Source of the DNA: Blasia pusilla
Lineage: Eukaryota
Assembly (NCBI GenBank): GCA_050084515.1
Contig: CM114271.1
Location: 43,896,001 to 43,960,000 of the forward strand
Reading direction: 5' to 3'
DNA length: 64,000 nt
Made by a program: the position numbers and the translations under genes. Position 1 is the first letter of the stretch, and the number at the start of each line of letters is the position of its first letter. The notes beneath the pieces are model-generated. The model was not told where the DNA came from and did not search any database. It saw only the letters and a list, made by a program, of their open reading frames with translations. This document shows positions 24,726 to 39,153 of the stretch, piece after piece.

Positions 24726-25701
24726 CTCCCATGCAATCACCGTGAACGTTTCCTTTCTTAGTGGTACACTAAGTATATTTCTAAATGCTCTAGATGGTCC
24801 AACTCACAAGTACCAATAGGGTGGGCCTTTGGTCTATGAAATGAGATACAACTTACACTTTTGATTTAGATATGCTTATCTTTACTTGTGGGTGTTAACT
24901 TTCATGTAGAATCGGTATTGATTATGGTCCCTGAAGTAGAGTGGGTTGTGCATCTTTCCAAAATGAATAAACTAATCTTGGATATATAATTATGATCTTG
25001 GTCTCATGACCTTCATTTTTTGACCACTTTACAATTTTAGGGATGTATATACATCGTCCAAGGGAGAGACTTCCATTGAAGCATTAGATTCTTTATCGTT
25101 GGATTTTTTGGTGTTTCTATTTTATAGTCTTACACTTCTAAGAGTGATTTCCTTGGGATGAAGTTTATGATATGTCCCAATTATGACCTTTTAGCTTGAA
25201 GTCATGTGTAGAATACCTTAAGAATTTTAAGCAATGTGGGCCCACAGTCATACAAGACTTATGTGGTAAGGTCATGTTTTCCTTGCAAAAATGTACTGAA
25301 GTGGTGGAATGCACTTTTGTAAGTTGATGGATGATAATCTTGATATAGTAAAACAAGGTTTATGGGAATGTAAATTAATAAATGAGAATCTAATGTTAAG
25401 CCTAGAAAGATTGTCCGAACCACCGATTTTTTTAGTTCATTAGATGATGAGTGGACTTTGGAGATTTGTGATGACACAAAGAGCATAGAGTCCACTGAAT
25501 GGATTTCCTATGAAGATAAGGTCTATCACATCTTAGTTATTTAGCCAACACGTAGAGTTCTACCACGTTGATGGCATAAAGGTTCAGCGGGTTTTCGGGT
25601 GTAACTTCGTCTTGAGTTGTTGAACCAATTCCCTAGGAATGGAAAAATTGTTATCTTATGTACCAACATATCATATGAATATAATATCAACAGATGGAAT
25701 G

Positions 25702-26703
25702 TGTTGTATGCCTACTCTCTTGATCGTTGATCTCATGTAGTGTGGAAGCTTGTGATTAGTAGCACATGCTCACATTGTTGATCTACACCTAAATAGATTA
25801 TATTAATCCTGATTTGAGTCCATCAGCCTTATATTTCCCCGATATCCTAACTCGGGGTATCTATCAAGCTCAATAGTTCCTAACCGCTCACTTCCCAACA
25901 CGTGCAAGTCTTTCTAGGCTTGGGACAAACTTCCTAGATAGTCCAAACACCTAAAATGGTGTTCACGCGTCTTGCACTTCCAACTATCCAATACATCTCG
26001 AATGAGTCTCTAAAAAAGATTCAAGATATAAGTCAGAGGTTGAGATCAAAGGTTGACATCCATAAATTCGTGTGGACTTGGCTTGGTATCCACACCCCAA
26101 TGCCAACCTCCTAATCAATTTCGTGCTTTTGTTTTCCCTGTAGCTCCCTAAAGTAGACTTCATGTTCCCACCACCCCTTGGAGACCCTCCCCTTTATATA
26201 TAGTTCTAGAAATCCTACCCCCCCCCTTCTTACCTCACTTTTGGGAAAGTCCTCTTGGGACGCCGTTTTTGGCCGTCAACCCAACTACCAATCTGATAGT
26301 TTAGGGGCATATTTTCAATCTTTGTTCATGCATTTGTCTATATCTTTGGTACGTTGGAATTTTCTTTGCATACGCTTTCTAATGTCACCTTATTCATCCC
26401 AAACGCACCTTGGGTCTTATCATTATGACCTCAAACGTCGCAAAATCCTCAAATGCTAATTAAGTTCTAAGTCCCTTTGGCGCCCAACTCTCATGGGAAT
26501 TAAGCTCCTATCAAGTCTTTCTTCACATTTGGTTTTGGTTTACTGGTTCATGACCATCATCACTTGAAACCCCAAACCTTGCTCACGTCTCACATCTCGT
26601 GTCTCCTTCAAGAGACTTCTCCAACGCGTATCATCCTAGTGTGAGCCTACTAGAGCTATGATATTCTGCATCTGTGCACGTTTGGTTATGAGGGTTGCGA
26701 AAC
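25702..26703 (-). mobile_element. Old solo LTR of the same Gypsy family
   Basis: Minus strand begins tttcgcaaccctcataaccaaac (cf. tgtcgcgatcctcataaccaaac) and ends caagagagtaggcatacaaca; ~1 kb and heavily decayed. Confidence 0.7.
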
Positions 26704-29476
26704 TATCTCAATCTTGCTCTGAAAAAGTATGGATTATAGGTTGACTTTAGATGAAATTATGATCCACACTAGTGGAAGTTGATCTTCTATTTCCCAATAA
26801 AAAAAACAAGCCATTTTTTCATCACATCATGATGTCAACAATGCACTCAACCAAAATTAAGTATATTTATAAGTTAGTCGTTCATTGTGTAAGAAGAGGC
26901 TTAGGGGAGCTACATCTATTTCCGATAAAGTCTTGGACTTGCAACTTAATATTTGCGCTTGGAAAATTAATTCTGAAGTATGATATGAAGTTGTTTTATT
27001 ACTTTATTAGCAAGCGGAATTCTTTGCATACGTATGGTTAGAACTAACAGAGTTGGTTGGTCTTCATCACTGGGTGCAACAAAAAAAAAGGTAGAATGAG
27101 GGTCATGAGTGGGAGGATGCATGCAAATCATCGTATTCCGGCTTGAGTGTGGATGGATAACCATAGTGTGATGTTGCTTTCCACCTATTCTTGTCTAACC
27201 CATTCCAACACAATTATGAGGTGGGATAACAATGCAAAGTTTTATTTTATTGTTTCCACTAGTCCCATGCTAGTGACACCAAAAACAAACCAAAAAAAAT
27301 TTGTTGCTATTCTTCTTCTTTTTTGGTTTAGATTGTGTGTTGATGAACACTTAGATTTTTTGGGGTTGATATGTCAAAGTTGAAGGATAGATAAAGGTAG
27401 CCATCAATTTTTTCTACTTAGCATTGCGGACAACTTGTGTGGGTCTCGTAAAGATAGAAGTATGATGGCTAGGTTATTACATACAAGTGTGACAAGTAAG
27501 CTGTACTGCCTCATGAAGAATTAGAGGTGGTATAAGTACTCATAATGTAGGAATAGAACTAGGATGGCATGTCTAAAATGCCTTGTACTAACCTGTTTCT
27601 CGATGTGTTATGAGATTCATCATACAAAACAACTATAGGCTGATTGTTCGATGGTCCAATTTTTGCATCCAGACTTGTGCCGGGGACCATCCTCATTCGG
27701 CACTCCAAGAACCAAAGCACATGATAGCCTGAACGGGTCAATTCCATCCACACCATCCATATTGCATCTGAATCTTCTTGTCCACTCACTGGAACTATGA
27801 TAACAAGACAGCCATCACTAAAGCCCACTCAGATTGATTCACATTAATTTTTGCATGAGTATCTACTTTTTATCCATCTTGCAACAACCCTCTGTGATAA
27901 TATACTAAATTTGTAGACATCTGATACCCATACATGGTTCCTGGTCAAGCTCAAAGAGGAAGAAGCTCCATAAAACTAGTCAATGATATTCACCCAAAAC
28001 CAAAATTTCTACACCCAAAAAGTCTCTGAACATTTGCAGATTCGGTGATGAAGGCTGCATCTACCTTTCCAGACCCATAATGAAATTTTGGAAATTCTCC
28101 CCGGATTTCCAAATCCAAATAATTCTAGAAAGGACCGTTTCTTCAAGAGTTGCTAAGACCTTGTTCTCTGGTCCACTAACAACTCAACAAGGATAGCAAA
28201 AGTGAGATTCATTTGTGGGGAAATCTTGTGAGCTGACTGGATTCTAAGCTATCCAATACTGGGATGGTTTCAAAACTATAAAACAAAAAAACCTCCTTTC
28301 AGATATTTACAGACTGTAGCCAATATACGTCAATAGTTAGCAATGGTCACAAATGCATTTACCTAGTTATGAAGCAGTGGGGGGTTATCAAGACCATTCT
28401 TGTTTAGAGCGCCATATTAAAACTACTACATCCACATGTATAATAGCTGACAATGAATCTAAGAAAGAACACACCAACCATACATTGGGAGTCATTCATT
28501 CGACTTCTAGTAAATCTTGGGCACACTGATAGTACAATCTGACTACTGATAATGATTTATCTGGACCATCCATAACCACCCAACACAGTCCCCAAAAATA
28601 AAGAACCCCAAAATTTTTACTATTCTTCTAGAGATCTGTCATGACAAGTAGAAATAGTTTTCAGATCATTAGTTGAGTTCTAACCGCCATAACGACCAAG
28701 ACATTGCATGTTCATGGTTTCCACAATGTTGGCTAAAAATATCTACCTTCTTTAAGCAAAACCTCATCGTTACATGTCCTGGTACCAACAGCAAAAGATG
28801 ATCCACTACTTCTGCGGTACGAGAACTTCATGAGCAATGTAGGAGCACATCTCTTCCATACACCCACACTCAGCAGTTCTGGGGAAAGCAGTCCTCAGCT
28901 GTTACAAGATGAGGGTACCAAATGATAATGTACAGGTGGCAGCTGCCCTGCCTCTTATCTGGCTCACGTAACTTAACTAGTTTTCCAGATAGATATAGGA
29001 AAAAATTCTCTGCTGCACCAAATGAATAATGCCACTTAAGTGACCATGCTTGTTGAACATGCTGCCAGATCTACAATCAATGCTTGGGAATATCTGAGTC
29101 TTAATTTTCCATACAAACCGGAGTCCTCACTCAGAAGAGGGAATTGGGCTACTCTCCAGAAGCAGGGGGGTACTGAGAAAATTTGAGATCATGATCCCAA
29201 AGTTATTATCCCTCAAAGACTACAATGTCATGAAAATATGTCAACACTGGAAGGTGACATTCCGATATGAATGGGGTGCAGTGATTTGCCAACAGCAACC
29301 CCCTCTGTGTCCACCAAGCGAATAATGACATCAACATTCTCGGGGCGGCCTGCAAAAAGGGGCTTTGCGTGTATATTTTAACACATGAGGTTACAACAAT
29401 TGCCTCTCCACCAACATGAAAGACAATCATACAGAAACACATGATAAGCAAGAGTAACATATAACCACCTGTTCTA

Positions 29477-32400
29477 TTATGGATCAGGTGAATTACGCCT
29501 GTTGTTGTTGGCACTGCCTAAAGAGGCAAATATCTTCAAAAGATCAGTAACAGGAAACTCGACATGATCTTCTCCAGATGACCTGCCCAGTCCGTTTGCA
29601 TGCCTTTGTGAATGTTGATAATCATAAGCTGCAGTTTTAGATGTTCTCGATATGGAAAGCACAGACTCAAAGTCTGATAGTTTGAGTGGTCTTGGTACTG
29701 GAGGCCTAAAATCCTGTGTTACCAACAAAAACCATGTAAGGACAACCTGGCCAAGAAATCAAAACAAGATGTAGATTATAAATACCATCCAGTGTCAAGA
29801 ATCACATACCTCACCACTGGAGTAGCCTTGTTGACTCTCATCTGCCAACAGATCCCGAATGGGCAAGTAAGCAGCTTGTTTGCACAGTTCTGTTAAATCG
29901 GAACCACTGTAACCCTCAGATTGATTTGCCAGCTTCTCAATGTCCAGATCATCATCCACGTGCTCCCCCTTGAGGATAACTCTCAATATGCTGGCTCGCT
30001 GCCTTGCATCCGGCATTGGTACCTCAAAGGCACGAGGCAAACGACGCAATATTGCTTCATCAAGCTCCCAAGGCCGATTTGTGGCAGCCAACACCATCAC
30101 ACGTGCATTCTCTGTGTCAAGCCCACAAAACCCTACATATGAGGGAGGAAAGGGACAGAAAAAGCAAGGGAGCATCAAAATGCCTCAATCCAGATGGCAT
30201 TATCCTAAAAGATCCACAATATCATAAACTCCATGTTGGAAAGTTTCCAAATCTGACAACAACCTAATCACATTGAAAAGCTTGACTGACCACTCTATTT
30301 TCTAATCAAAATGATTTGATTTAAAAACTGTCACACTGGAACACTACAAATCATTAGGATGTCCCACACCCAAAACACCTCATATAAAGCTCCAACAACT
30401 CTTGCAGCCAGTGGGAACTTACGATCAGTGGTGAAACCATCCCAAAGTGCCATGAACTCTGTCTTCATATTCGTCAAGGCCTCATGTTCTGTCACGCGTC
30501 GCTGTCCAAGAAAGCTGTCCACCTCGTCAATGAAGATGATTGATGGTTGAAGTTTGTAAGCCAGTGTGAAAACTGCCGTCACTGCAAGAAGGAAATGATA
30601 AACACTCAGCATACTGATTGCTTACCAGAAAATTCACTCCATTGGCTTTGCAGCCTGAATCTAAGCCACACACATAACCTAAAGGTACTTGGAAACCAAG
30701 AATGAAGAAAATGGAAACACTACAAAGAAACATAAGATAGTCCACTCATTTTAAGAAAGGATAAGAGAAACGTGAATAACACTACACACAACAATGTTCC
30801 ATCCCACTGCTGGTAGCTCTGAGACTGTGAACTTGACTTCTAGAAGGAATCAACAACCCCTCCAATTACCATTTGCAAGCTGTGCCTTTTGACCTTGCTA
30901 CCTCGCAACAAAAAGACCTGCTCAAGCTGCTGAGAAAAAAATTCATCATTCACCACTTTTGCTTGACCAGCCATAAAATATTTCAACAACCCCTACACAT
31001 ACCAAGTTTCTGTGCATCCCCAAACCATTTGCTCATCAGGGTTGCAATGCGAACGTTGATGAAAACAGCTTGAGACTCCTTTGCAATAGCCTTGGCTAGC
31101 AATGTCTTGCCAGTACCAGGAGGCCCATACAGTAATACTCCCTTTTGTGGTCTCAATAGTTTCCCATGCGCAAAAAGATCTGGCCGTTGTAGTGGGAGTA
31201 TCACCAACTCATGTAAAGACTGTTTCACTAATTCTAACCCTCCAATTGAGTTGAACGTCACATCAATGTCTTCCGGATTTATAACATCGCATGCAATCAT
31301 GTCCTGCATCCAGTGATCGACGTTAGACAGTGGTAAGGAGTGGGATTAGAATTCTTGGGGGAATGGTTCATAAGCCTGTCACACAGCAAAATCTGCGCTA
31401 AATGTTGATGTTGGAGAAGATCGGAAACAGCCTCAAAAGATGAAAATTGAAGATAGTTCAAACACTCCAAATGTTATGGATCTACCTTAGGCACAGGAGG
31501 GAAAGACATTTTAAGAAGGTTTGGTCGCACATGAAAATTTTGATAACTATCCCTGTTTGCTTATACAACTTGTTAAAATCAGAAACAAAGTGCCAAAGAT
31601 ATCTATCTCCAGCAATACATACACCAGACGGTTGGTAGTTATAGCTTACTGTGCAAACAGGCCTGCTAATACAGTGCAACACTGTAGGGTGTTTCTGAGG
31701 TTGTGCAAAAAATATGGCGGAAGGCAAAACATGATTCTCGTTCAAAATTGAAACGACCCTTCTTTGATTGCGTTAAAACGACTATTAACATAACACCGTG
31801 TCAGTTGCTGTTCACCCACGATCAGTGCGTGATTTCAACTCTCCGTGCTTCCAGAGGTTTCTTTCTTCCACATATTCACCCCGTTACGGAAGCCAATCTC
31901 CAAATTAGAGATAGAACTTACGATAAGTTGGTTTGGCGAACACATATCCGAGAGAACCAAGTTGAAAAGCTCATGGCAGAGCCAAAGGTTTCAAGGCGGC
32001 TAGCAATTGTGAAGGGGGGTATAATTAGGGCATGAACTACAATCCTCTCTTTCCATTGCAATGGTGCTCTTCCCTCCACGGATTTCAAAGCAGACTCTCA
32101 CCAAAGCATACGAAGATGATAAGGTCAATCAACCGTTATCGAGGAAGATTAGCACATCAGTCAGCGTCTTCTAATTCTTCTAGGACTGACGTCGTCCACA
32201 CGAAAACACAAAACAAAGCCAATTCATGAGTTTCCAGCGCAGTTATTTGCTGCTTTGCACAACCCATCGCCCCTTCGTACGCGTAGGATACATCCTCAAG
32301 AGTACATCTCATGCACGAACCGTTCATCAGTAAACGATCCTTAATTACCTGGGACTAGTGCATACAAACGGTAACACACGGCTGCCAAATTAACAGCATC

Positions 32401-32660
32401 AGTTACAGAAAGGAGAGATGACCCGCACCGCCAAGCGATTTAGGAAGCGAGAATTGTACCTCATACGTATTCGTCTGGATGAAAGGACGACCGAGCCTTC
32501 TAGAAATTTCCTTCTTGCGCTCTGCTGCCTTCTTCGCCTGAGAACGATTGGGATCAAGATGTCGCAGTCCCACGAACAACACCAAACAACTGAGAGCCGC
32601 ACTCACGGCGTACAAAACAAGCTCCTGGCCTACGGAGGCTGCTCTGCTACTCGCCCCCAT
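29477..32660 (-). CDS. ATAD1: ATAD1/Msp1-family membrane-anchored AAA-ATPase; 5 exons
   Basis: Exons 32660-32460, 31303-31003, 30581-30423, 30111-29810, 29713-29477. N-terminal TM segment (LVLYAVSAALSCLVLFVGL), Walker A GPPGTGKT, pore loop MSKWFGDAQK, Walker B IIFIDEVD, VLAATNRPWELDEAILRRLP. Confidence 0.93.
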
Positions 32661-34239
32661 CAAAAACACCTTCTCGATCTCAGAATTACCTCCTCAATTT
32701 CCAAATATGTGCTCCTCCTGCCCGTCACTTATACAAACGCAAAAAATTCCAGCGCTCCAGCACATCCATGGATTTCTCCTCATGCTCTCCTTGTTCTCAT
32801 CTCCAATTCTCTCCGACCAAACCACTTCCAATTCCCCCGCCTTCACACGCCAAGGTTCGGAATCCCGGTTAGCATTCGTATGCCGCTCGCTCACTCGGGA
32901 ATAGATTGCGTGGCCCTCCAGACGAAGCAAGCCACCCCCATCAACCCACCCCGTCAGTGGAAATGCCGAACTGAACGCAAGGTGTGACAACAGTAAGGAA
33001 GCCCTAACTTTGTGCACCCCAGAATCCTCCGAAGAAATCGACACCCCGTCATTCTGACTTTCCCCGAGCAGTGATCGTCGTCGAAAGCATCATAAATATG
33101 CTTTCGTGGGGGCCACTGTTAACCTAGCCCGGCGGCCCCAGCCTTCAGGCAAAGCTCAAGCTCGTCCACTCGTACACACGAAGAAACTCTACTTCACTTG
33201 TGAGTGCGAGCACATCCCATAGTTTGTCGTACTATGTCAGTGGGGCCCGCCCCGGCTTCTCCGTGATTGTTATTGTTATTGATAATGTAATTCTAACGAA
33301 AGAAGGTAGACCGGCTTTCTTATTGGTGGAGGAGCGACCAAACCTACATTAAACTCAAGCTTATTAGTCAACATCACAAGGGGGTAATAAACACCCACCT
33401 TATGACACATATTAAGATGGGGATCATGGGGTATTGGTCCAGCGTATGATCGGTTAGCGCTACATTTAGCACGTATGATGCCCATATGGCGCCAAATGCA
33501 AAAAAATGAACTACCCACAATTTGCGGAGTGTTCCAAATTTGAAAGTCGGTCGTGTTACACGCAATAACCATTATGTTTTAGATTTTCTTTTAAAAAATT
33601 CAAAATATATTGAGAAGAAACACGTAAAAAATCTAGACATGGAAAAACATAAACGGAATACCAATGAGAAGACTACACTAAGTAACATGGGGAATGACAC
33701 AAGAGAAATTTCTTAGCTCGGAACAACTTTTTTTAAATAATTGTGCTTAATAATGTTAATAAACATCCGTGTATGGGGTTGGAGGCTTTCTTTGCAGTAG
33801 GGGGTACGAAGACTAACTCTCTTCACAGCATAGTAGGGGTTCGAGGCTTTCTCTTCTCTGTATTGTAGCGGCCGATTAGCCTCTCTTTTCCGTTGGAATC
33901 GGGTGTAACTATATTGAATCCAAAAACTTTTATGAAACTTAATTCTCTAGGCGCATCTGAAGGTTGAGAGAACTGCAAAATAACTTGTATTCTGCAGCTT
34001 TTGCACTCGAAATGCACTTCTAGTAAGGGCCATAATTAGGGAGAAAAATCTACACAACGGAGAAAAATATATAAAAATAAGAAATCTTCCATATTTTAGT
34101 GTAATCACCTTCTTTCCTTATGGTCGAATCCCATTCTATGCATCGATTCACATGCAACGTGTAATAATTTATATCATTATTATTATTATTGGATAGTGTC
34201 CTTTATCCTGAGTCCAAGTATTTCTAGGATTGGAAAACC

Positions 34240-36470
34240 TCTATCGATAGTATATTAAGGATTTGAGTGCGATCGCGAAGTCTGTGACCTTGCTAACGAG
34301 ACTTGATCAGGTTTGGTATTAGGGAGATGATCAGGAGCAAGCATTGTAGGAGCTCAAGGACAAGTTGACATCCTTCCCCATTTTCAAGAGATGTGTCGTG
34401 CGCATACACATCATTACACAATATACATCGCTGTTACCGAAAACACACACATACACAAACACGCACAATCCAATGCTAACTCATGGCATCCAAACAAGGA
34501 GACAAGAAGTACTAAAATATCTTCAATAAAGTAAGATCCAATCTCTCTCTACACCATCTCACACCATAGCTCTCAAAGGTGTGCACTTTCTCTCATGTCA
34601 AACCAAACCCACTCTCCTAATGAGAGGCTTGGGTTACACTCACAAGGCAAGCAAGACCATAGCTCCGCCGCCTCATGCCAAGAGGTTCAACAAAGAGAGA
34701 ATGAGCTCTCTCTCTCTCTCTCTCTCTCCTTGAGGTATACCCCTCCCTTCTCCCAAGCTCTCTCCATAGTAACCTATTCTCCCAAGTCACCTCCTTGGCT
34801 CTTGACCTGATGTAGGAGGTCAAGGGCCACTTACCAAAAATAGAAAGTCGATCATATATTCAAAATGGTACTTACCTAAAATAGTAAGTTCCTCAATATG
34901 GCTCCAAATGAGCTAAAACGATGGGAAAACCTGCTCTCTCAGGTTTCCCGGGGCCTCAGCAGGTCATCCTCAACCTATTGAGCATGTCCTCCACTATTCA
35001 CGAAGGCGCTCTACTAGATCTCACCGATGTCTCCTAAAAGACGTGATAGATCGATCAGGGGTGATTCATTCCATTACATATGGATTAAAGCATGTTGGGT
35101 CTAGGTGTGGTGCTTACTCAAAGAGATGACTAGGAGGGGGTTTTTTTGTGGCTTATGCGAGCAGATTGAAAAACCTTGTAGAGGTGACGTACAACTCCTA
35201 CGAGGGAGAGTGCTTGGCTACAATGTGGATCGTGGCACATTTTAGGTGTCATCTATTCAACAACCCTTTCACCTTCGTCACTAATCATCAATTTTTGAGA
35301 TGATTGATGGATTTTTACAAGCTTACAGAGAAGTTTGTCAAGTGGGCTTTATTACTATAAGAGTACAAGCTCGAGTACAAGTTTGAGGTGGTTCATGGGC
35401 TAGGTCAGTTGAACAAGGATGCACATGGGTTGAGTCGTAACCCATGCGCACTCGAGTCAGAGAGACAACACAGCAGCTCGATGGCACGAAAAGAATGATG
35501 AGAAGATGGTGAATGGTTGACATGCATCTGCCTTTCTTTGTTGGTTGATTATGTTAGGTCACCAGTTGGTGGTAACTCCAGTGTTGGGATTGGATGATGA
35601 GTCTCCAAATTTGGAGCTCACGAGGAGTTGAGAAGTAGTCGTGATATACATAAGGATGTGGAGGTTGTTGAGTTGTGACATACTTGCGTTATAGCGAGCA
35701 CAGTGAGGGCTAGGGTTTGTGCAGGAAGGGAAACATATTTTACGGGTGAGGGAGGATGCTAGGGTACGAGTACTGCCTCATCCTTCCCAATGAGCACATG
35801 TTATACGATATATTCATAATGAGTTGGGGCATTTTGGAATAAGGCATACTTACAACTTACACTAGGTTTATTATTGATGGTGCGATATACATACTAAGGG
35901 TCAGTAGTTTGTAGCTAGATATATGATATGTGACCAAGTGTGTTTATCCTTCAATGCTCGTAGTCCACAATTTCATTCTTTACTGATCATGGGTTTTGAT
36001 TATTGGTGGAGTTTAAACTTTATGGGACTTTTGCCATTAAAGGGGTATCATCATTTCTCCAAATTGACAGAGTTGGTGGTACTACCGATCACGGTGAGTG
36101 AGGGAGTGGCTTATACATTTCTAAACCATGTGCTTAGTCATTATGGTGCATAGGCGGAGGTGTTGATTGACCACGGTACCAAGTTCAAGGGAGAGTTTCA
36201 AGCCTTGAGTGATCGGGTGATGATAGATCATTGCACCATGTTTAGAGATTATATTGAGGCTGACAGGTTGGCAAAGAGAGTAGTACAAACGGTGAAGAGA
36301 GGGTTTTGTAAGTATGGCTTGTGGCGAGGAAATTTGAGGGAGTGGGACTCAAAATTTCCATGTTTGGGTATAGGATATCGCTCCAGTTGACAGATATCCT
36401 TAACAGAATTTAATTATTCTTTTTGGTCTATACAGAGAGCTAGATTTACCTGAGAGCGCACTCAAACAGG
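34240..36470 (+). mobile_element. Highly degenerate Gypsy pol remnant (RT end, RNase H, integrase) interrupted by an LTR-like insert
   Basis: Broken translations such as ELKDKLTS.PI, GLGVVLTQ, YNSYEGECLA, DAHGLSRNP, HNELGHFG, LIDHGTKFKGEF...RLAKRVVQTVKRG. Confidence 0.75.
34393..35048. mobile_element. LTR-like insert within the Gypsy remnant; inverted homologous fragment at ~39200-39500
   Basis: Interrupts the pol frame between ..PIFKR and the RNase H start. 34589-34665 is the reverse complement of ~39316-39390 (ttgccttgtgagt..aacccaa...ctcattaggaga.tgg.tttggt.tgacatgagaga). Boundaries approximate. Confidence 0.55.
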
Positions 36471-36482
36471 TGTAGGTAAGTT

Positions 36483-36483
<1 letters not shown>

Positions 36484-36529
<46 letters not shown>
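36484..36529 (+). repeat. (GA)n microsatellite
   Basis: Visible run. Confidence 0.95.
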
Positions 36530-36533
<4 letters not shown>

Positions 36534-39052
36534 TCAATCTAGGTTTAAATACTCAAGAAAATGTTGGTTGTGAATCCTAAGACTTGAAGGGGCGTTGCAA
36601 GTTATTGGCAAAGTGATCGCAATTTTTATTGGGATTTTTTAGTCCCAACGCTTATACAAATGGGCCTTAAATGGCTTGATGGCCAGCGTGGGATAGCTCT
36701 AATCCCAATGCAACATCAAGTTGCCAAGATGTTCCTCTGAACTTGCTTGATGGTGTGCTAGCTCAGATAGTGTCAATGAGCGTATGCTCTACGTAGGGCA
36801 TATTATAAGCTCCAACATTTGATGCAACATATTGATAATCGAGTAGATAAGACGTCTGGTGAGTGGATTTATTCCTAGAGTCATTATCTAGTTCTTTATC
36901 ATGTCCATGAAAGAAATAGATATTTTTTGCAAGATATCTCCAACAAGAGAAGTTTGACTTGAAAATATTTTTGGATAGATATTTTTGGTAAGCCCAATAG
37001 ATGGAAAATTCCAAAGTCAATCCCTAAGGAACATGCTGAATTTCTAGAGTTGAGCATGAAAAAAAGTGACGTAAAAATAGTAAAGATAGATTTGTAGTTG
37101 GAAATGAGTGATAATGAAACTCTAACTTCGCTTTGAAAGCAAATTATATCTTTTCCCTTCATAATTTGGGGAGTTTTTTTTCCTTTCCGTTTCCTCTCTT
37201 AGTATCTCAGTTAAGAAAATAAAATCACTCTCATTATTTTGAAATAATTTTCTTATCATATCATTCTTCTATATTCCTTCCTCAATTTCACTCATAATAT
37301 TGTTTGATTCTCCATGTAAACCAAGGTTGAAAATCAGAAAATCAACTGTTAATTTCATCTAAATCTTTGAATGGATAAATTTAATTTTTTAAATGGGAGA
37401 AAAAGAAACATGAGGGAGAGTTGGGAACAATGCATAAACATTATCATTGGTTTGAGAAAAAAGCAAATCCTCTTTTCCCATCCCCATCTCTTCCTGAAAA
37501 AAATCACTCTTATGTTTAAAAAATCATATCGTCCAACCATTCTCTTACCCTCCCCCCCCCCCTTTCTCAATTTATCCAATAAATGAAAAATAAAATAACA
37601 ATATTAATAACTATATTTAAAGTTTTTTTCCATTCTACCTTTAGGAGAAAATTAAAAAGAAATAAAGTGTCTTGAAAGGCTTCATATATGGCATTCACAT
37701 AGACTCCTAAGAAGGTGCTAAGATTAATAATAGTCTACATAGTACTACGTTGTCTATGTGCAATGCATTGGGCTAGATTTGCAAAAAAAACCCTATTATA
37801 TAGCCTTTTGTGCTTTTGAAAGACTTAACTAGCTTCTTTTAGTTAATGGGAACTTTCATTCTCAATAACAACTTTACAATCTTCATAGTATAATATCAAC
37901 CCACCCTTTCATCCTTATCCCCAATTGTCTCCTTAATTCTTATTTTCACCTCCCCTTCCTCCTATTATAACCTAACAAAAAATTTAATGTTTTTCCAATA
38001 ATTATGGGATGCATGCCTCGTGAGGAATACAAAATATATGTTGGAGCTTTTTCTTAAATAAACTAGTTTTCTTGCCGGTCATAATCTGAGAAGCATTTTA
38101 CTGTTGCTCTGTTACTATATGTCAAGTAGAGAGGTGTTTGCAAACACAAAACCACTCTCTAATAATAGAATAGATTTCATAATTATAACCTTCGTTTATA
38201 ATCGTGAACAAGTACCTTAGTAGAGACCTTGGATAGGTACTTATAAATTAGGCGGTCTCATCTATCTTCGGGACAGGGCACACAAGGTTGCATGGATTAT
38301 CCTATTTTGGACATTTCCAAATGGAAAGCAGGGTGTCTCCTGAACCCCCTGCTTTCCCTCATTCGGTAGAGCAGTCATGGCCTAGAAGCTTGCGTGTTGT
38401 TCAAACACCATCGATCCTCACAATAAAAAGTGTCGTCGTTTGTGGACTTAAAACAGCCACAAGTAGGACGTATCATCATTACAATACGTTTGCTAGGATG
38501 CATATGTGATCATGGATGATAGATGTAAGATTATGTGCCAAAATTTTTGCCTAGATTAGGGAGAATGGGATATTGGGGACCATATAGCAATGTATAAGTA
38601 TTAATGTAGGTTCAACTTGCCTATGGTGCTAAACCTATTGGGCATGAAGGAGTGATATATACTTAACACATACTTTTTTACTATGGGGTGTATTGCACAA
38701 CGTGGGGATAAATTTTATTCATCGAATCATGACTATGTTGTGTTGTTAGATTTGCTGAAAGGACAACTCCAATGGCCCTATTGAACCGAACACCAAAAGA
38801 TATCCTTAACTATCACCAAAGAAGGTTTTGGAGGGTGCATCTATTTGGTTGATGAAACATTATTCCCACTAACTGGACAATATTGACATTTGGGTGAGAC
38901 TTACTTTGACAAGAAATGTGTGTCAGGTATTTTATAGCTAATAAAAAAGGATCCATTGATTGTCTTCAAGGAGGTTGTAGGAGAGGCTCATAGGTACAGA
39001 ATGACCTTGTAAGGACTAGGGTAACTAGGCTATGACAAACACTACTTAATGA

Positions 39053-39153
<101 letters not shown>

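Noticed and set aside
27500..29470. Additional gene or exons downstream of ATAD1
   Set aside because: Genic-looking composition but no coherent ORF; likely 3' UTR or flank.
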